Both the position numbers and the translations under genes were made by a program. This document shows, piece by piece, positions 35,795 through 41,038 of a DNA stretch of 41,038 nt; within the stretch, counting starts at the first letter, position 1, and each line of letters begins with the position of its first letter. The notes under the pieces are model-generated. The model was not told the origin of the DNA. It did no database searches and saw only the letters and a list, made by a program, of their open reading frames with translations. Source of the DNA: Batkoa obscura (Eukaryota); the NCBI GenBank assembly GCA_030770535.1, contig JASVEC010000147.1, forward strand, positions 1 through 41,038. Reading direction: 5' to 3'.

Positions 35795-35937
35795 ATAAGG
35801 TAATTTCTAAAGTAATCAAAGATTTCTAAGTAAAAAACTAACCATTGGTTACGATAGAAAATAATTTAATGTTGCAAATCTATACCTTTACCGCAAAAAC
35901 ACATTCAAAACCTTAAGTTATTTTAGAATTACCTTAT
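35795..35937. mobile_element. Small TIR element, family B
   Basis: ATAAGGTAATTTCTAAAGTAA / TTATTTTAGAATTACCTTAT inverted ends. An internal motif is shared with 22085-22106. Confidence 0.7.
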
Positions 35938-38221
35938 AAATCAAATCAAAAACGTTGAGGATTTGCTTTAAAAAAATCTTTTACAGAATAAACTTAAACT
36001 TCTCCAAATCACATTGTTTTCAACCCTATTTTGAATCTGAAATTTGATTTTAGAATTGAAGTGATCCAAATGCAGCAAAGTAATAAAAATACATATTTAT
36101 CAACTTGCAATTTGAATTGCTTTTTTTAATATGATGAAGTGTGATAAACGGTATATTAAAATTTTAACGCTTAATTAGATTTTATATTATTTAGAATCTT
36201 AATATTAATAATTGTAACTTCTTTTTATTAAATTAGGATTTTTATGTTTTGATTTAACATTAATGATTTAATAAATAGAAAATTTGCCATTGTTATTATT
36301 CTGAATATCCTTAAAAGGCTACATAGTTAAACAATGAAAAAGACAGTCTTGGGCAACGCATTAATTTTTTTAAATTTATATTAGCATAAATTTTACTTTT
36401 AATTTCCATTATTCAACCTCAGTTGATCTTAAAGATTATATTAATAATATAAATTCTCGATATTTTAATAATAAATTAATAAGTTACTGTTGTAATACTT
36501 TTTTTGTTAGCCTTCAAATTCATATTCGTTAATTATAAACAATGATATTATCGGTTAATCCCAATAATATGATAACTTATAACTGATAGCTCCATGTTAT
36601 TATCATGATTACATTAAGCAAATCATATGGACTATAAAAGTTTTGATCTATTATATTCAATGTTTTAATCCTTTAGTCCCAAAAGTTTACTAAGTTACTC
36701 CTTTTACCTTTTATATATCCAAATTATATTCAAGGTTATTTGAAGTTAGTCAATTGCTATGGAAAATAAAATCAGTTAAGATAAATAAGTTTGATTTTAT
36801 AGTATTTATCAATGATATTAGCATAAAAGATATGGGGTTGTCTGAATTAGTTTCATTATTTTATCCAATTTTAAAAAAAATTGTATTTTAAAAACTTCGC
36901 TTAAACTTCTATAAAATCAAATCTCTTATTAAAATAAAAGTACCTGGAAACAGTTCTAAATCATTCTATTATAGTTTATACTGTAAGTTAGTTGAATTTC
37001 TACTAGATCTTAAATACATATTCTTATAAAACTTTATCGAGAGGCATTTATTATCGACTGCTTTACAACCAACATTGCATATTTTTTATCAAATAAATAA
37101 ACTATTTTAATGTTATAATTACATTATTAATATATTGCCAAGTTAACAAATAGCTGCATGGGAGGGAGTGGTTAGCCCCAAAACTATAATTAACCATCCT
37201 TATATAGTACAAGTAATAATAGTTTTTACATATTATTACAGTTACTTGTTCTTTGGCTATTTATTAACTTAGCTATTAATAACTTAAGTAATCTTAACAT
37301 TTAATAGTCTATTTCTATCATTCAACAAACCACTTACTTGTTTAGTAAATATCGAAAATTTTAAATTCTCTGTTATCTTCGTAAGGTAAGCTGGAATTGA
37401 TCTTTTAATTTTTCTATTTTCTATAGACTCTATAACTTTAATTGGAGCTGTATCGCTTTTTTTTTTGATATATCAGATACTGAATAACAATGTAGTTTAT
37501 TGTTATGTTTAATAAAGTGTAAATACTTCTTAATGCTCCGCATCTCTATTATTCTTTTTGTATTTTTGTTTCTTTTATACTTTTTAAAAATTATATCTGT
37601 TTTCCGATTATTAACAGTCGAGTTATTAATTTTATTATGCTCGCAAATAAAAGCCTCAAATCTTGAAATTAATTGATTGATATCTTCTATTTTACCTAAC
37701 GCTTTAAAACTACTTTTCCATTTTGAAAGGTTTCCAAAATGTCCATCAACTATACTTTTTCCATGATCCTCAGCAAAAAAATTAAGATTAACATTCAAAC
37801 TACTATTTATTTTATGAATTTCTTTAAACATATAATATAAGAACTCTTGGGATCTAAAATGATTTCCTGTATCTGCCCATATATTAATTTTTGTAAACTT
37901 TTAAATAAAAGCTCTGTAGACATTAAATCGATTAAACAATCTCCTGCATATGCTGAATCATGATTTAATATTTCAGATAAATAATTAAAGTAAACTTTGC
38001 CTATTGTTTTATCATCTTTTAAATATAAAACACCAAAACCTAATATTGATATAGCTTGTTTGTTATGATGATCTAAATTTATTAAATCTGGTCTTGTTCC
38101 TATTTCCATATTTTGTTTAAAGTCTAAAATCATTATACAACTTCTACTATTTAATTTTTTAATAGTTTCATTAAATGTGTTTTTTTGAGTATCAACACAG
38201 AATTTATATAATTTGTATAAT

Positions 38222-38319
38222 GGGGATGTTTTTTTGTGTTTAAGAATTTTAGTAACAATCTTTCTACTCAAACAGTGTTTAAAAAATGGAAAAATGATGA
38301 AATCAAAAAAAACATCCTC
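38222..38319 (+). mobile_element. MITE family A inserted in the transposase gene
   Basis: TAAT TSD, confirmed by the empty site TTGTATAATTTTTCTTC in the other copy (16332-16348). Confidence 0.95.
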
Positions 38320-38622
38320 TAATTTTTCTTCTTCATTGAAAATTTCTTCTATCTCTGCTTTGTTTTTTATTGCTGTATTTATTTTATTTTCAAATAACTT
38401 TTTTCTGACTGTATACTGGGCACATATGTTACATAGATCCGTTTTTCTTCCTAGATTTTTGAAATTACTTGGTATATATTTAAAAAACGTTGACCTGGCT
38501 ACTGCTTTGTCTCTTAGATCATTCAGATATTTACTGTATATCATTCTTCTACTTTTATTTAATATATATATATTATCTGATGAATATTTACTATCATTAT
38601 TTTTTTTGTTAAATTTTGATGA

Positions 38623-39086
38623 TGTGAAATATCGCTTTGTCAGTTCCATGGTTAATTATAGCATAACAATTGCCTAAGCTGCTGTGTTCTTGAGTTCAGA
38701 TAAAATCAATCCCATGTTCTTAGTTTGATTTGATATGAGAATTTCTATCTTCATCTCAAAGAATATTCTCCCCTCGTTTTGATATTTATACTTATCGGAG
38801 TATAAAGGAGATTATAAAACATAATAGTTCGAGACTTTTTAACTGAATTATTACCTGATATCTCGAACATTTAATAAAGCCACTAAGTTTTCTTAATAGT
38901 ATTTTACATAGGTTTTACATTAGTATTGTCTATTCTATTTGTCTTATATAGCTTGTAACCTATTACGTGCTATTCCTCATAACCCAAGTCTATCTTAGTC
39001 ACATAAACTAAGACCTTTCGACTTATAGTGTAGTCAACCCAGCAATAGCTGTTCTTGACTCCAAACCCTGAGTACCAGATTTCACA
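38623..39086 (+). mobile_element. 464-bp solo-LTR-like element (alternatively a Ginger-type non-autonomous element)
   Basis: TGTGAAAT...ATTTCACA ends, ATGA TSD confirmed by the empty site TTGATGAAATAG, internal TATAAA and AATAAA. Confidence 0.85.
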
Positions 39087-39222
39087 ATGAAATAGTTGAA
39101 TCATTTATTAAATATTGTACAACAGTTCAATTTACTCATCTTTAATTTTTTTTGTGTTTTTAATAATAGGTTGTAATTTTGATACTTTATTACTATTGTT
39201 ACTTATTTTTGAATAATCATAT

Positions 39223-39320
39223 GGGGATGTATTTTTGTGTTTAAGAATTTTACTAATAATTTTTCCGCTCAAATAGCGCTTAAAAATCGAAAAAATAATG
39301 AAGTCAAAAAAAACACTCCC
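39223..39320 (+). mobile_element. MITE family A inserted in the transposase gene
   Basis: 98 bp, ATAT TSD; the empty site GAATAATCATATTGATTT is present in the other copy. Confidence 0.95.
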
Positions 39321-39375
39321 ATATTGATTTTTATTTATATTAAACCCAAAACTTTTACATTCATCAAAAGAATAT

Positions 39376-39942
39376 GGGGATGTGAAATCTGGTACTCAGG
39401 GTTTGGAGTCAAGAACAGCTATTGCTGGGTTGACTACACTATAAGTCGAAAGGTCTTAGTTTATGTGACTAAGATAGACTTGGGTTATGAGGAATAGCAC
39501 GTAATAGGTTACAAGCTATATAAGACAAATAGAATAGACAATACTAATGTAAAACCTATGTAAAATACTATTAAGAAAACTTAGTGGCTTTATTAAATGT
39601 TCGAGATATCAGGTAATAATTCAGTTAAAAAGTCTCGAACTATTATACTATGTAAACTCTTTTATACTCTGAAAAGCATAAATATCAAAATGAGAAGATA
39701 ATATTCTTTTGGATGGAGCTAGAAGTTCTCATAACAAATCAAAATAAGAACATGGGATTGATTTCCTCTGAGCTCGAGAATACAACAGCTTAGGCGATTG
39801 TTATGTTATAATTAACCATGGGACTGACAAAGCGATATTTCACAGGGATGTATTTTTGTGTTCAAGAATTTTACTAACAAATTTTCCACTCAAATAGCGC
39901 TTAAAAAATGGAAAAAGTAATGAAGTCAAAAAAAACACTCCC
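39376..39942 (+). mobile_element. MITE family A split by the second solo-LTR-like element
   Basis: GGGGA|insert|GGGA-TGTATTTTTGTG...ACACTCCC. Confidence 0.92.
39381..39844 (-). mobile_element. Second 464-bp solo-LTR-like element, inverted relative to 38623-39086
   Basis: TGTGAAAT...ATTTCACA ends, GGGA TSD within the MITE terminus. Confidence 0.85.
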
Positions 39943-39957
39943 ATAGGTTCAGTATAT

Positions 39958-40056
39958 GGGAGTGTTTTTTTTGACTTCATTACTTTTTCCATTTTTTAAG
40001 CGCTATTTGAGTGGAAAATTTGTTAGTAAAATTCTTAAACACAAAAATACATCCCC
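39958..40056 (-). mobile_element. MITE family A, inverted near-identical partner of the previous MITE
   Basis: 99 bp; one mismatch to the reconstructed 39376-39942 copy. Confidence 0.95.
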
Positions 40057-40936
40057 CTATAGTTGATAATAACGCTACTTGTTGATTTTTATTTCTTGTT
40101 TCCCTCAAAGCACTAATTTTAGACATTGGTTTATTAAGTTTATTGTTATTGGTAATAAACTTTGATGATATCTTTTCTTTGTTTTGTTTTATTATAAAAT
40201 TCCATAAACCTTGGATTATTATAATTAGCTCTTAAAATTGACGTAAATGAATTACAATGTTTATATTGTGTACTCCTCCCTATTGTATTGAAATCTTCAA
40301 AAATTCCATTTCGAAGTTATGAAAATTCGCATTTTATTTTTATTTCAACAAAAAATAAAGCCAAATAACTGTATTTATATAATTATATATTATATATCTA
40401 TTAAGTATCTAACAGAACTAACATAAAACATAGAATTAGGAAAATTACTTATTTAAGAAAAAGAAATAATTAAAATAAGTTTTAAATAGAGAGATTTAAT
40501 TTAGGCTTTTTAGATTTAACCGTCACATTAGACACGAATTTAAAATTTTAAAATTTGGATTGACTTCCAAATAAGTTCTGAAACCAATTCGGACAACCCC
40601 ATATTAAAAATAGTAAAAATCATTAAAAAAATTTATTTGCCACTTTGGCTTTTTCTCAAACAGTTTTAAAAATTTAAAAATGCTTGTATTTACTTATTTA
40701 TTAAAGTTATAAAAAATACTTGACTTATCTTTATTTTTATATTTCTGTTTTTACTCTTAAATCTTTTAATATATTTTTATATAATGAATTGTTTTAAATA
40801 ATATTAAATAAAAAAGCAAAAATTTAATATATAAAATATAGTGTAAAATAAAGTGTTACATTCGTAATTACGATTATATTTTAATAAATCAATTGGTTAA
40901 TAGTTTCGAATTATATTTGTATAATAAAAATCATAT

Positions 40937-41027
40937 GGGGATGTATTTTTTTGCTTAAGAATTGTATTAATAATCTTTCCGCTTAAATAGCGCTCAAAAA
41001 ATGGAAAAATAGAACTAAGATACGCTC
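40937..41027 (+). mobile_element. MITE family A with degenerate right end
   Basis: ATAT|GGGGATGTATTTTT...CGCTTAAATAGCGCTCAAAAAATGGAAAAA...|ATAT. Confidence 0.8.
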
Positions 41028-41038
41028 ATATACAGGTT

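Larger units (their letters stand above)
37284..40332 (-). pseudogene. Transposase pseudogene retaining the native C-terminus
   Basis: Homologous to 14442-15881 with frameshifts and insertions. Continues KRIIEMRSIKKYLHF...and, after a frameshift, ...IPAYLTKITENLKFSIF...LLNVKIT* ending at 37284. Confidence 0.88.
36834..40600 (-). mobile_element. Full-length but inactivated Sola-like DNA transposon with nested insertions
   Basis: TIRs GGGGTTGTCTGAATTAGTTTCA / TGAAACCAATTCGGACAACCCC, ATAT TSD on both sides, transposase remnants throughout. Confidence 0.92.

Noticed and set aside
38222..38319. MITE acting as an introner (spliced out)
   Set aside because: No GT...AG pair at the element boundaries in the host sense direction that would restore the original sequence.
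38623..39844. One full LTR retrotransposon, or one DNA transposon with 464-bp TIRs
   Set aside because: The repeats are inverted, each has its own TSD, and the sequence between them is host transposase in the original orientation.

Overview
Very AT-rich eukaryotic DNA, almost certainly fungal (it has WOPR/Gti1-Pac2 genes). Intronless genes, rhodopsin-like GPCRs and animal-style ER-anchored UGTs point to an early-diverging lineage such as Entomophthoromycotina (inference). Host genes are three UDP-glycosyltransferases, one class-A-like GPCR plus a GPCR pseudogene, four Gti1/Pac2 (WOPR) transcription factors, three tRNAs and one pseudo-tRNA. Mobile DNA comprises a Sola-like DDD transposon family (GGGG termini, 4-bp TSD), about 24 copies of a matching ~98-bp MITE, two 464-bp TG..CA solo-LTR-like elements and a second small TIR family. 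The most striking structure is a 3.2-kb foldback at 14132-17372: two left halves of the Sola-like element in inverted orientation around a 214-bp loop, flanked by an AAAT direct repeat. This is the architecture of a hairpin-RNA 'killer' locus such as maize Mu killer. A recurring theme is inverted pairs (UGTs, WOPRs, LTRs, MITEs) with sharply bounded identical tracts, plus one directly visible 15-bp inversion between two inverted MITEs. All comparisons were made by eye; no database searches were run.
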